Notes under the pieces: generated by a model
The model's input: only the letters and a program-made list of their open reading frames with translations
The model's database searches: none
Told to the model about the DNA's origin: nothing
Shown: in pieces, positions 9,758 to 18,736 of the stretch
How positions within the stretch are numbered: position 1 is the first letter of the stretch
Layout: each line of letters opens with the position of its first letter
From: an uncultured Cyanobium sp.
Lineage (GTDB): Bacteria; Cyanobacteriota; Cyanobacteriia; PCC-6307; Cyanobiaceae
Assembly (NCBI GenBank): GCA_964492645.1
Contig: CAZBMT010000001.1
Span: 1 to 57,727 of the forward strand
Direction: 5' to 3'
Length of the DNA stretch: 57,727 nt
Program-made: the position numbers and the translations under genes

Positions 9758-10483
9758 CCGCAGCTTCTCCGCATCGGCCGGCACGTTCCCGCCATTCAGC
9801 GTCTGCAGCATCCGCGCCAGTGCCTCCCTTTCGCTCACCAGCTCCTCCGGCTCATACACCCGCATCCCGGTCACCACGGCACGCAGCGCATCGCGTCGCG
9901 CCTTCTCCTTCACCCCATACGCATCCACGATGTGCGTCATCCCCTGCGTCAGCAGCAGCCCTTCCTGCTGGCACCACTTCTGCAGCCAAATGCTCAGCTC
10001 TTCGCTCAGCCGCCGCGCCTCCCGGGCACTCACGCCATCATCCGCCAGGCCCTGCGGCTCGAGGCGACCCAGCCAGATCATCGACAGGTCACCCGCGTTC
10101 AGCGGCAGCCCAGTGCTCGGATGCCGCAGGTAGAACGGCCGCTTCAGTCGGCCTTTCAGAGAGTTCGGCAGCGGCGCCGGCTTCTCCAGTGCCTTCACAT
10201 CCGGGCTGTCATCCCCCGCCAGGTGCGCCAGGTGCAGGTTCAGCTGGCCCAGGGCATCGATCGTCCGCGGACCGATCGCTTTCAGCCGCCCGGTCCGCAG
10301 GTACGAGATCTGGCTGGTGCTCAGCCAACCGGGTGTTCCCGGGTTCGCCCACTCGCTCAGCACCTTCAGCTCCGCATGGCTCAGGTCGTTGCGCAGCAGC
10401 AGCGTCTTGATCGCTTTCGCAAACACCTGCCGGCCATGATCCAGACGGGCCAGGCCATCGGCGCTGATCTGCACCATCACCAT
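9737..10483 (-). CDS. XRE/Cro-like HTH regulator, candidate prophage repressor
   Basis: LLLRNDLSHAEL...LSTSQISYLRTG...GPRTIDAL resembles an XRE HTH; operator-like motifs on both sides. Confidence 0.55.
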   Translation of the reverse strand: MVMVQISADGLARLDHGRQVFAKAIKTLLLRNDLSHAELKVLSEWANPGTPGWLSTSQISYLRTGRLKAIGPRTIDALGQLNLHLAHLAGDDSPDVKALEKPAPLPNSLKGRLKRPFYLRHPSTGLPLNAGDLSMIWLGRLEPQGLADDGVSAREARRLSEELSIWLQKWCQQEGLLLTQGMTHIVDAYGVKEKARRDALRAVVTGMRVYEPEELVSEREALARMLQTLNGGNVPADAEKLRLLLSPS

Positions 10484-10606
10484 CGGGCGGGGACCCAGAA
10501 ATAATCTCACGACGAAACAACCCCCAGTAGAGACTTAGACCAATCCAAGCACGAATCTGGATTAGGACTAAACCCACTGGTGCGGTTTTCACCCCACCTG
10601 CTGCTT

Positions 10607-10975
10607 TTACGCCTCGTCGACGGCCCCCTCAGCCGGCACCAGGCTGATGCGCCCGCGAGCCACCTTGATCGCCACTTCATCGCCAGGCGCCAGCCCCAGC
10701 TGTTCCACATACCGCTTCCCGACCACCAGGGCGCCGGTGGTGATCACCTTCGCCGTGTACGGCAGCTTCCGCCCACTGGGCACCTGCGCACCGGTCGGTG
10801 CGCCATGCGCTGCCGCCAGCGCCTTGTAGTACGCCGTGAAGTTCAGTCGCTCACCGCCGTCCTTCTTCTGGCTCGCATACCCACAGGCTCGCACCAGCTC
10901 GGACTTCGATGCACCCGGCATCGCCTTCACCTTCGCGATCAGTTCGGCGCCGGTCAGCGGTTCACTCATGGTCAT
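10607..10975 (-). CDS. Cyanobacterial AbrB-like (cyAbrB) transcription regulator
   Basis: LTGAELIAKVK...SKSELVRACGY...RLNFTAYYKAL...GRKLPY...GALVVGKRYVEQLGLAPGDEVAIK. Confidence 0.9.
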   Translation of the reverse strand: MTMSEPLTGAELIAKVKAMPGASKSELVRACGYASQKKDGGERLNFTAYYKALAAAHGAPTGAQVPSGRKLPYTAKVITTGALVVGKRYVEQLGLAPGDEVAIKVARGRISLVPAEGAVDEA

Positions 10976-11065
10976 CTTGATTGGGTGCTGTCGCCGATCT
11001 TAGTCCAGACCAGTATGTAGCGCAATGAAAACCTAGCCATAAGGTGCCCGTTTCGACTGGTTGTC

Positions 11066-11224
11066 ATGCTTGTTGAGATCGACCTTGGCGACGACGACAA
11101 GGCCATGCGCGCACTCATGAAGACCGTCCACAACATCGAAGACGGCCTCGGCGCTGATGGCATCGGCCACGGCAAGCTGAAGCCGCCGCTCGAGCCTGAG
11201 GACCAGGCCGATCAGAACGGGTGA
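11066..11224 (+). CDS. Small acidic hypothetical protein (52 aa, MLVEIDLGDDDKAMRALM...)
   Basis: Read by hand; below the ORF-track cutoff; fills the gap divergent from abrB. Confidence 0.4.
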   Translation: MLVEIDLGDDDKAMRALMKTVHNIEDGLGADGIGHGKLKPPLEPEDQADQNG

Positions 11225-11460
11225 CGTTCGGCGGGCCCAGCCACCTTGGCCGCCAGGTCGAGGAACTTCTGGCGGATCTCGGCCTTCACGACGCCGGCCA
11301 GGCACTCCTCGATCGATGCGCCGAGGCCTGCGGGTTCCTCCTTCGGCAGCACTTCATCAACGGCGGCCTTCAGGCTCATGGCGATCCCGCCGCGGTGCGA
11401 TTCGGTCGGCTCCTGCCAGTAGGCATTGAGCACCTTGTACTCGGGGTCGTCGGTGCTCAT
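11212..11460 (-). CDS. Hypothetical protein (MSTDDPEYK...)
   Basis: ATG coupled to the upstream stop. Confidence 0.55.
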   Translation of the reverse strand: MSTDDPEYKVLNAYWQEPTESHRGGIAMSLKAAVDEVLPKEEPAGLGASIEECLAGVVKAEIRQKFLDLAAKVAGPAERHPF

Positions 11461-11741
11461 GGGTAGGAAGGCGGCGCCCCGATGTACCCGCCATAGGGCC
11501 GGAACACGGGAGCAGGACTGATCGGCTGGCTGCCCGGCAGCGGGGTGGCCCGGTAGCCGGTGCCGGGGTACGGCTCGGTGATTTGCACCGCCGGCCGCCC
11601 GTAGGGGTCGTTCACGGTGCAGCCGCCGATCGATCTGGGGGTGGCCCCCAGGATCCCGCAGGGCTGGGCCAGGGCCCGTCCGCTGGGGTCGATCGCAGAG
11701 CAGCTGGCCAGAGCCAGCAGGAGGAGGGGGAGGGGTTTCAT
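11457..11741 (-). CDS. Putative small Pro-rich lipoprotein
   Basis: MKPLPLLLLALASC: signal peptide with LASC lipobox. Confidence 0.55.
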   Translation of the reverse strand: MKPLPLLLLALASCSAIDPSGRALAQPCGILGATPRSIGGCTVNDPYGRPAVQITEPYPGTGYRATPLPGSQPISPAPVFRPYGGYIGAPPSYP

Positions 11742-12025
11742 GGGGCGGATGGGGCGGGGATGCCTGCAAAATCGAGTGCCTGGCAGATGCCGGTGGGGTG
11801 GCTGGTGTTGCACAGCAGAGTCGAGAGCAGTCCAGCGTTTCCACTTTGGGCGGCTGCCGCCCATGCCTGCGCGATTAGGGCCGCCTGGCTGGGCGGGTCG
11901 CCAAGCATTGCGGAAAAGGCGGCGCTCCACGTGGGGAAGGGTTTCATCGCTGGGGGGAGAACAGCAGGAACACGAACAGGGTCAGCACCACCACCAGGCT
12001 GACCAGGAGGATGGCGGTGATCAGG

Positions 12026-12766
12026 TCAATCATGGGTGGCCTCCGGCAGCGGGAGCGCGTAGTGGGGGGACCACCTGAGCTTCTGTTTAGCGTCGCATTC
12101 GCTGTATTGGCGAAGCTCCCATTTTGCTGGCTCCGAGTAATAGTCGCCAGTGTCTCCGATCGCATAGTTATAGCCAGGGGATTCGACCCATACTTCGCCA
12201 TCGCTGTTGCACTCGTGATCTTCCGGCAGCCTCTCCGCGACCGGCACCGGCGCGGCCTGGCCGCCGTAGCGGGTGAGCAGTTCCGAAGCGCTTGTGAGCA
12301 TACTTGCCGGGAAGTGTCTACCTGCCTTCAGCGCATTTTCCGCCTCAAACGCAAGCCAGCGACTGAGTTCAGCGGCTTCATCACTGGGCTGCTGCGGCGC
12401 GGCCCCCAAGACGGCAGAGCTCGCGTTGCGTTGTACCTGCTCGGCAAGATCAGCGGCAAGCTCCGGCGGGCAACTGGGATGTTTTGCGTAGGACTGAAGT
12501 GCCGCCATGGCCGCATCGTCTGCACCATCTACGCGCAGCACAAAGCAGGGGAACTCCACGGGAGACCCATCAGTGCTTCGATGGATGATGTATTTCCCAT
12601 GGAGGCCCTTGGGTTCCTGCTGCGGCGCGGCCGACAGCGCGGCGTCGATCTCCTGCATTAGCCTTCGATGCTCATGCGGGGCGTCCCCCTCTGCGTCCAT
12701 TTCGTATTCATGGAACTTTTGCCTGGCACGGGCCAGCAGGGCGCGGAAGTCGGGAGGGTGGGTCAT
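12026..12766 (-). CDS. Mosaic hypothetical protein with PVPVAERLP (DUF551-like) C-terminal module
   Basis: 246-aa ORF; AAPQQ repeated on both sides of an internal module. Confidence 0.6.
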   Translation of the reverse strand: MTHPPDFRALLARARQKFHEYEMDAEGDAPHEHRRLMQEIDAALSAAPQQEPKGLHGKYIIHRSTDGSPVEFPCFVLRVDGADDAAMAALQSYAKHPSCPPELAADLAEQVQRNASSAVLGAAPQQPSDEAAELSRWLAFEAENALKAGRHFPASMLTSASELLTRYGGQAAPVPVAERLPEDHECNSDGEVWVESPGYNYAIGDTGDYYSEPAKWELRQYSECDAKQKLRWSPHYALPLPEATHD

Positions 12767-12774
12767 GGTTGGGG

Positions 12775-13011
12775 CTACAGAATGTCAACGCGGAAGAATC
12801 GCCCGCTAATCAATCGCGGGTGACAGTCGTATTCCTTGGCGCGAACACAGGAAATCTCAGCAGGGTTCGCACGGCGCAAATAGCCAGCATCGTGTGCGCT
12901 CAGTGCGGTGGCGTAGCGGGCTTTCGCTGGGCCAGGTGCAGCGACGACACCTTCGCCTAGATCAGGCTGCTTTGTGATCCAGCACCTGTATGCGCGGTCT
13001 TGACCTGTCAT
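12775..13011 (-). CDS. Hypothetical protein
   Basis: 78-aa ORF coupled to the upstream gene. Confidence 0.5.
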   Translation of the reverse strand: MTGQDRAYRCWITKQPDLGEGVVAAPGPAKARYATALSAHDAGYLRRANPAEISCVRAKEYDCHPRLISGRFFRVDIL

Positions 13012-13418
13012 CCCACCCTCTTCCTCAACCTTCGAGCCCAGCCCCAGGCAGCAGCGACACCAGCCAGCCCAAGCGGCCCCGGCACATCAGCAGGAGCAGG
13101 CCGGCACCTCACCACCGGCGGCGCCACGGGGCTCGGTACTTCACCCGACGCCGCTCCCGGCCACCAGAGTCCGAACGGGTTGATGGCAGATGATGCGTCA
13201 CCACCTGGGGCAGCGATAGCGCCGCCGCCGCGATGAATGCCAGCAGGATTCCCGCCAGGAGCAGCACCGGCATCGGAGAAGGTGGCGGGTCGCCGCTCTG
13301 GATGGACGGGATCGATGGGCAGATTGGCAGGGTCGTGGAGTACATCAGCGTGCGCTGGGGCGGTGTGGCAGGCGGTGAGGAGTGCTGCGATGAGCGCGGC
13401 GGTGGGGAGGTGGGTCAT
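13008..13418 (-). CDS. Secreted low-complexity protein with cyanobacterial PEP-CTERM-like (VPGP) sorting tail
   Basis: N-terminal signal MTHLPTAALIAALLTACHTAPAHA; C-terminus DVPGPLGLAGVAAAWGWARRLRKRVG. Confidence 0.7.
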   Translation of the reverse strand: MTHLPTAALIAALLTACHTAPAHADVLHDPANLPIDPVHPERRPATFSDAGAAPGGNPAGIHRGGGAIAAPGGDASSAINPFGLWWPGAASGEVPSPVAPPVVRCRPAPADVPGPLGLAGVAAAWGWARRLRKRVG

Positions 13419-13777
13419 GGCGTCCTCCACGGATTGCGGCCGGCGGCGATGCCGGAATCGAAGACCTTGCAGCACAAGGCGTAGAGCCACACCTTTTCGA
13501 TTACGTCGAGGTCGGGTGCATCCAGCCCAAAGTCCTGGCGGCCGACCCATTCCTCGAACGCCACGAAATCAGCGAAGCCATCGTGCTGCTCGGCATCACC
13601 AGGGCCCCAGGGCGAGATCGGCCACAGGTGCCGCTTCGGCCACGGTTCATCCCACCAGCACGATCCTGGTCGCAGCACCGAGGCTGGTTGGCAGAAGCGC
13701 GGGAAGAACCCACTTGCGCTGCTGTTCTCCCAGCAGATCCGACCGATCCGGCCACCGGCGCTGGTGATCTCGATCAC
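13415..13777 (-). CDS. Hypothetical protein
   Basis: 120-aa ORF coupled to neighbours. Confidence 0.55.
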   Translation of the reverse strand: MIEITSAGGRIGRICWENSSASGFFPRFCQPASVLRPGSCWWDEPWPKRHLWPISPWGPGDAEQHDGFADFVAFEEWVGRQDFGLDAPDLDVIEKVWLYALCCKVFDSGIAAGRNPWRTP

Positions 13778-14003
13778 GATCCTGCCTCCTTGGCGAATCC
13801 CTTAGGGCCTGTCTTTTCCTTCGCTGGCCTTAATCTTCCCCTGCGTGTCTGCCTTTCCATGGATCGGCGCAAGGCTCGACCGTCTGGAGCGTTCCACATC
13901 GTCCAGTCACGTCCTTTCCCTTTTACCGCGTTGGCCAGGTCGCTGGGGTAGGTCTCAATGGTGCCTGGGGGCGTTGCGGTGCAGGGCTTCGGTCCCTCGT
14001 TAT

Positions 14004-14312
14004 TCATGCTGCCTCCAGCAGCGAATGGCGCAGGTCGTCGATCATCTGCTGGATCTGCTCCAGCCGCTTCAGCGGGTCTTCTGGTGCCTTGGGTTGCCAG
14101 CCTGGCGTGTGCTGCCATCGTGGCTCGATCACATCGGCCCAGTGCTGCACGATCCAACCGTGATCAAACAGCACCTGCACGTTGCCATCTTCATCGCCAT
14201 CAGCGGCGCATGGCATCCGGTGGCTGAGCGGCGTCGGCCACTGGCAACTGCTTCCATTCCTGATCCTTTGGATCGCTTCCTGTTCCTCCTCGGTCAGATC
14301 CATCAATGGCAT
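14004..14312 (-). CDS. Hypothetical protein
   Basis: 102-aa ORF with globular composition. Confidence 0.6.
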   Translation of the reverse strand: MPLMDLTEEEQEAIQRIRNGSSCQWPTPLSHRMPCAADGDEDGNVQVLFDHGWIVQHWADVIEPRWQHTPGWQPKAPEDPLKRLEQIQQMIDDLRHSLLEAA

Positions 14313-14348
14313 CGGTCTTCTCGGTTCAGGTGATTCGGTCGGCGGTTC

Positions 14349-14669
14349 TCAGCTGGCGTTGGCGGGCTTCGCATCCAGCAGCAGCTGCTGTTGCGACGAC
14401 CTGGCAAACCGGGTGTCCTCGTCGGTGTACTTCCGCGAGTAGCTCACCTTCGCTTTCACGTCGGTATGCGTGAACGCACGCTCGAACGTCAGCGCAAACG
14501 AAATCTTGAACACCTCGTCGGCCTTCGTCTGCACCGCTCGGTCGAAGTGCGCCTCCAGCAACTGCTCGAACAGCTCCATTGCCTTGGCCTTTTCGGTCTC
14601 GCGCAGCTCCTGTTCCTCCACGCTCATGCGCAGCTTGGTGCTGCCAGCGATCGACAACGTTGCAGCCAT
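14349..14669 (-). CDS. Hypothetical protein (MAATLSIAG...)
   Basis: ATG about 35 nt downstream of the operator-like palindrome at 14703-14718. Confidence 0.6.
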   Translation of the reverse strand: MAATLSIAGSTKLRMSVEEQELRETEKAKAMELFEQLLEAHFDRAVQTKADEVFKISFALTFERAFTHTDVKAKVSYSRKYTDEDTRFARSSQQQLLLDAKPANAS

Positions 14670-14869
14670 GGGTACCTTCGGCGGGTGGTGATTCAGGCTA
14701 GTGGTCTTAGTCCAGACCGTCAAGGTAGCCGGTGGTGGTTTAGATGGGCTTGTCCGTTCGTTGGCGCGGTTCCCTTGCCAGCGCATCGGGGTCACTGCGC
14801 CAGGCCGCACCGGCGGCTGTTGTTGGTGCGTTACACGTCACTACGGCGACAGCGCCTTGTTGCGGGGAG

Positions 14870-15505
14870 TCAGCCATTCGGCAGGAGGGTGGTCAGTTGC
14901 CGCGTCGCCCTCAAAAACGCCGCCGGTGCTCCGGGGCTGCTCAGGTCGATCACCGTGATCACGGCGCCCTGGTGCTCGCCCTCGCGGCAGTAGGCCTTCG
15001 TTTCGGCCGAGAGCACGACCCTGGAGTCGTTGACCAGCCGGCCGGTGTCTTGCAGCGCGTCGTAGACGGCCCGCAGCAGCTTGTCGCTGTCCGGGGGGCC
15101 GACCGGGAACGCCGGCGCCGAGGGCTTCAGGCCGCGCTTGCCAAAGTGGCTGGGTGGGCGCTGGAAGCGGAACAGGATCACCATGGCGACGGGCCCGGGA
15201 AGCGACGGCCAGGGGACGCCAACCGCCGCGACGGCGACGGCCTTCCGCCAGGCGGGCAGCCGATCGCTGGACTCCAGCAGGATCGGCCGGCCCTTGCGGT
15301 CGTTGCCTTTCCAGTCCTTGCTGCCCTTCGGCGCCGGGTGACCGATCACGGTGAAGGTGACCCCACAGGACTGGCCCCCAGGATCGCCTGGAAGGTGCCT
15401 GTCGGTCGCTGCCGATGGAATCATGGGCAGCGACGGCTGCAGGGCTGCTCCCGGGGCGCCTGGGTGCCGATCCCGGCGCGTGGCTGTTGCCGGTGGATCC
15501 GTCAT
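14870..15505 (-). CDS. rusA: RusA-family Holliday junction resolvase
   Basis: FTVIGHPAPKGSK...WRKAV...PDSDKLLRAVYDAL...NDSRVV; start at ATGA overlap. Confidence 0.88.
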   Translation of the reverse strand: MTDPPATATRRDRHPGAPGAALQPSLPMIPSAATDRHLPGDPGGQSCGVTFTVIGHPAPKGSKDWKGNDRKGRPILLESSDRLPAWRKAVAVAAVGVPWPSLPGPVAMVILFRFQRPPSHFGKRGLKPSAPAFPVGPPDSDKLLRAVYDALQDTGRLVNDSRVVLSAETKAYCREGEHQGAVITVIDLSSPGAPAAFLRATRQLTTLLPNG

Positions 15506-16125
15506 CGGCTCGACATGGCCCTGGTCATCCAGGCGTCCTGGTCGACGGTGTCGACCCACAACGGCAGCACCTGATCGGGGTTCAGCGCCTTGAGGCGCAG
15601 CTGGCCATCGACCAGCCAGATCACGAACACCCGGCTCAGCCAGCCGAGGCGGTTGTCGACGACCATCGCGGCGGCAGCCCCCAGCTCGGCCCGCACCGCC
15701 AGGTCGTTCAGCTGCTCGGGGCGGGCCGTCTGCAGGATCCCGATGCCCAGGTGGCCATCGGAGGCGAAGCGCACCAGCAGGTCCGCGGTGGTGCCGAGGG
15801 CCCGCCGTGGATCCCGCAGGTGCAGCGGCGCCTGCAGCACCTCGAAGCGACCCCACATCGCATGGCTGGCCATGGCCAGCAGTTCGTCGCCACAGCGGCC
15901 GGCCAGGGCTGCCGGCGGCCGCCAGGCAGCGCGGTCTTCCGGGGCGGTGCCGGCGAAGGACACCAGGGCCTGTCGCAGGAGGTTGTCGCGTTCTGGGCGG
16001 TCACGCGGTGGCGGATGCACCCGGTCGATCAGGTACCGGACGGGCATCAGGGCGTCACCGTTGGCGGCCCGGTACACGCCCGCGATCGGATCCGGTCGCA
16101 CGGCCTGGGATGCGGCGTTCGTCAC
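15502..16125 (-). CDS. Possible degenerate PD-(D/E)XK nuclease-fold protein
   Basis: LGTTADLLVRF...GIGILQT pattern lacking the canonical acidic/Lys residues; coupled to neighbours. Confidence 0.4.
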   Translation of the reverse strand: MTNAASQAVRPDPIAGVYRAANGDALMPVRYLIDRVHPPPRDRPERDNLLRQALVSFAGTAPEDRAAWRPPAALAGRCGDELLAMASHAMWGRFEVLQAPLHLRDPRRALGTTADLLVRFASDGHLGIGILQTARPEQLNDLAVRAELGAAAAMVVDNRLGWLSRVFVIWLVDGQLRLKALNPDQVLPLWVDTVDQDAWMTRAMSSR

Positions 16126-16448
16126 GACCACCCTCCAGCCACGGCGATGGCCTGGCTCTCGACCGAGATCGGCGCACGGCGCGCGGCCTGCAGCTCGGCC
16201 CATGCCTGCCCGTTGGCGGCGATCCACTCGCGGGCCAGGTTCCGATGCGGCAGCCGCTTGCCGGCCCAGCGGTAGGTCATCACCGGCCCACGGCGCCGCA
16301 GGTCGCGGGGCATGGTCCGATCGGCCGGGTAGCTGGACCGGGCCCGGTCGTCTTCGATCGCCTCGAAGCCACCAGCGGGCACGTCGAGGTCTTCCAGCGT
16401 CCAGCGGCCATCGAGCACGCCGATCGCCAGGTCACGGCCGACGCTCAT
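16122..16448 (-). CDS. Hypothetical protein
   Basis: 108 aa, GRWTLEDLD; coupled to neighbours. Confidence 0.6.
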   Translation of the reverse strand: MSVGRDLAIGVLDGRWTLEDLDVPAGGFEAIEDDRARSSYPADRTMPRDLRRRGPVMTYRWAGKRLPHRNLAREWIAANGQAWAELQAARRAPISVESQAIAVAGGWS

Positions 16449-17056
16449 GACTCGAACAGCGACTGGAGAACGCCACCAACCGCAGCAGGCGGCGCGTCAG
16501 CACGGCGGGGCACCCGGTCGTTGAAGCTGGGGCCTGGCGTCGGCGGGGCGCTCAGGTCGACCACGGGGCTTACTCGGCCGCTGGGGTCACGGCCAACGAG
16601 CGACTGGTTCGGCACCGCTCGCCAGCCAGGCGGCAGGCCCGGGGGCTGCTCGACCAGCACCCCGGCGGCCACCAGGGCGGCCTGGCAGTCGGGCCGGTAC
16701 CGGCTGGTGTCCGGTGGTGCCGACTGCAGCGCCTTCAGCCGCTCGGCCTGGGCCCGCTGGTAGATCCCCAGCTGGTAGGAGTCGGCGAAGGCCGGGTCGA
16801 TGTCGGGCAGGGCCGGCAGGCTGCTCTCGTCCGGCTCGAACACGGCCAGCAGCACCTCCGCGAGGCTCGGCATGAACCGGCAGCGGAGCATCGCCTGGGC
16901 GACGCCGAAGTCGAACGCCTCGGCCGGCATGTGCGGGGCGGCGGCCTTCAGGGCGGCGAAGGCCATCGAGCAGCCCAGGGCGTCGGTCTGCCTGCCGTAG
17001 AGGCCAGCGAGGCCCTTCCAGGCCCTGGCGAAGTGGGTTGCGGTCAGGTCGGTCAT
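16445..17056 (-). CDS. Replication accessory protein (helicase loader/inhibitor-like by position)
   Basis: Directly after the initiator; CRFMPSLAEV motif. Confidence 0.5.
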   Translation of the reverse strand: MTDLTATHFARAWKGLAGLYGRQTDALGCSMAFAALKAAAPHMPAEAFDFGVAQAMLRCRFMPSLAEVLLAVFEPDESSLPALPDIDPAFADSYQLGIYQRAQAERLKALQSAPPDTSRYRPDCQAALVAAGVLVEQPPGLPPGWRAVPNQSLVGRDPSGRVSPVVDLSAPPTPGPSFNDRVPRRADAPPAAVGGVLQSLFES

Positions 17057-17061
17057 GGTGC

Positions 17062-18240
17062 TCACGGGTGATGGGGTTCCGGGGGTGGCTCCCCGAACAG
17101 GGCGGCCATTTCGGCGACCAGATCGCCGCCGGTGGTGGTCTGACCAGGCAGCGGGCGGCCCCGCGCCTGGCTGGCCTTGGAGCCGTAGCGGAGCCAGTTG
17201 TCGAAGCCGATCGAGATCCAGGGGCGGCCGTTCTCCCAGGCCTGCACGCCAAGCACCAGCTGATTGCGCACCACCTCGGTGCCGCCGGCAGGGTGCGCCT
17301 GGATCTGCTCCAGCTGGCCGAGCAGCAGCGACCACGCCTGCTGGCTCTTGACGCCACGGCGCTTCGGCCAGAAGGCCAGGATCTCGCGCTCGACCGGCAG
17401 CAGGGCCGCGGGTATGAGCTCAGCGGTCGGGCGGAATCGCAGGGCCCCGGCGCTGACCGGCTTCGTGTCGGCCGGTGGCTGGTGGTCCGAATCGGGACAC
17501 GGATCGACAACCGGCTGCTCAGTCGGCGCGTCCCCCGCTTGCGGGGGACCTACAGGGGGTTCTTCTTCTTCTTTGATCTTCTTGTTTCTTGATCTACTTC
17601 CTGTCGTTTTCAGCGACCCTCCCCCGTCGTTGAGAACGACACCCGGTTTTACTGGGTTCTCTTCAGAACCCCTGTATCGACGGGTGTCGTTCTGAGCGAC
17701 ACCGGTGTCGTCCTGAGCAACACCGGTGTCGTTTTCCGCGACACCTAAACCCCAGTGTTCATGGGTGTCGTCCTGAGCGACTCCACTTTCGGCGTTCTGC
17801 GCCTTTTCGGGCTGCGGTGGCGTCACCGTGGTTGCTGCTGCTGGTGCTCGTTTCGACCGGCCACGGGGCGGCCGGATCCGCTCCGCACCAATCGAGGCGG
17901 CCACCTGCTCGTCGGTCGGCCAGATCCTCAGCTCGTAGCTGTTGGGCAGGGTGCGGCCGTCCTGCGAGGCCCTGGGCAGGCGCTTCACCCAGCCCTTGCG
18001 CTCCATGTCGTTCAGCACCTTGATCACCGTCGACCGGTGCAGGCCGATCGTGTCGCCGATGCGTTGCGTAGAGGGCCGGATCCGCGGGTAGTGCAGCTGC
18101 AGCACCCACAACACCGCGATCTCAAGGTGCGATGCCTGGCCCGCCAGCCAGTTCGGCAGCGGCGTGAAGTGCGGTCGCGGTGATCCGTTCAACGCCTGGG
18201 ATTCGGTATCCCGCCCTGGCGCAGGTTCCTGGCTCGTCAT
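17062..18240 (-). CDS. Replication initiator (N-terminal winged HTH, lambda O-like organisation)
   Basis: FTPLPNW...PSTQRIGDTIGLHRSTVIKVLNDMERKGWV...PNSYEL; internal iteron repeats. Confidence 0.85.
   Translation of the reverse strand: MTSQEPAPGRDTESQALNGSPRPHFTPLPNWLAGQASHLEIAVLWVLQLHYPRIRPSTQRIGDTIGLHRSTVIKVLNDMERKGWVKRLPRASQDGRTLPNSYELRIWPTDEQVAASIGAERIRPPRGRSKRAPAAATTVTPPQPEKAQNAESGVAQDDTHEHWGLGVAENDTGVAQDDTGVAQNDTRRYRGSEENPVKPGVVLNDGGGSLKTTGSRSRNKKIKEEEEPPVGPPQAGDAPTEQPVVDPCPDSDHQPPADTKPVSAGALRFRPTAELIPAALLPVEREILAFWPKRRGVKSQQAWSLLLGQLEQIQAHPAGGTEVVRNQLVLGVQAWENGRPWISIGFDNWLRYGSKASQARGRPLPGQTTTGGDLVAEMAALFGEPPPEPHHP
17602..17784. repeat. Iterons of the phage replication origin (21-bp palindromic GGTGTCG-N7-CGACACC units)
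   Basis: Units at 17683, 17704, 17725, 17764 plus degenerate copies at 17602 and 17625; pyrimidine/AT-rich tract at 17560-17600. Confidence 0.8.
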
Positions 18241-18359
18241 GTACGATTCCTGAGCGATCTGGCTCTGGGGTTCAGGTCACGAGGCGGCATCGGATGGCTC
18301 TGGTGTCAGCTGGTGGTTCTCAGCAATTCCTTCAACTGCCCAAACCAAAGAAGGGAATG

Positions 18360-18384
18360 AAGCCCGCCGCTCGGCGGGCTTTTT
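18360..18384 (+). terminator. Rho-independent terminator
   Basis: AAGCCCGCC-GCTC-GGCGGGCTT followed by a T-run. Confidence 0.7.
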
Positions 18385-18476
18385 CGTGCTCATCCCTTGT
18401 GGCGGCTCAGTCTAGGTCTCGACTCAGATCACAGCGTTGGGGAGGAAGTTGCCCCTGCGGGCGTCAAGACCCTTGA

Positions 18477-18650
18477 TCAGCGGTCGCGAGCTGGTAGCTG
18501 CTTCATTGCCCGGTCGATCAGCAGTCGAGCAAACGCAGAGCGCGACATGAGCTCACCGGCTTGTGCGTCGAGCCACTCCACTTGAGCCGGCGGCAGATCG
18601 AGGGTGATCACGTTGCGGCTGCGTTCGTGGGTGGTGAACTTTCTGTTCAT
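18477..18650 (-). CDS. Ribbon-helix-helix (CopG/Arc-like) regulator, 57 aa
   Basis: Read by hand: MNRKFTTHERSRNVITLDLPPAQVEWLDAQAGELMSRSAFARLLIDRAM; heads the replication operon; not in ORF track. Confidence 0.75.
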   Translation of the reverse strand: MNRKFTTHERSRNVITLDLPPAQVEWLDAQAGELMSRSAFARLLIDRAMKQLPARDR

Positions 18651-18736
18651 CGATGCCGATCCAGACTGAGATCACGCTAGCGTATCTCCAGCTGTTGGCT
18701 GGTCGATAGCCGCCGCAAAGCGCCTCTGCTGATCCA

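Noticed and set aside
17683-17784. CRISPR-like array
   Set aside because: Repeats abut without unique spacers, lie inside a CDS, and there are no cas genes; they fit iterons
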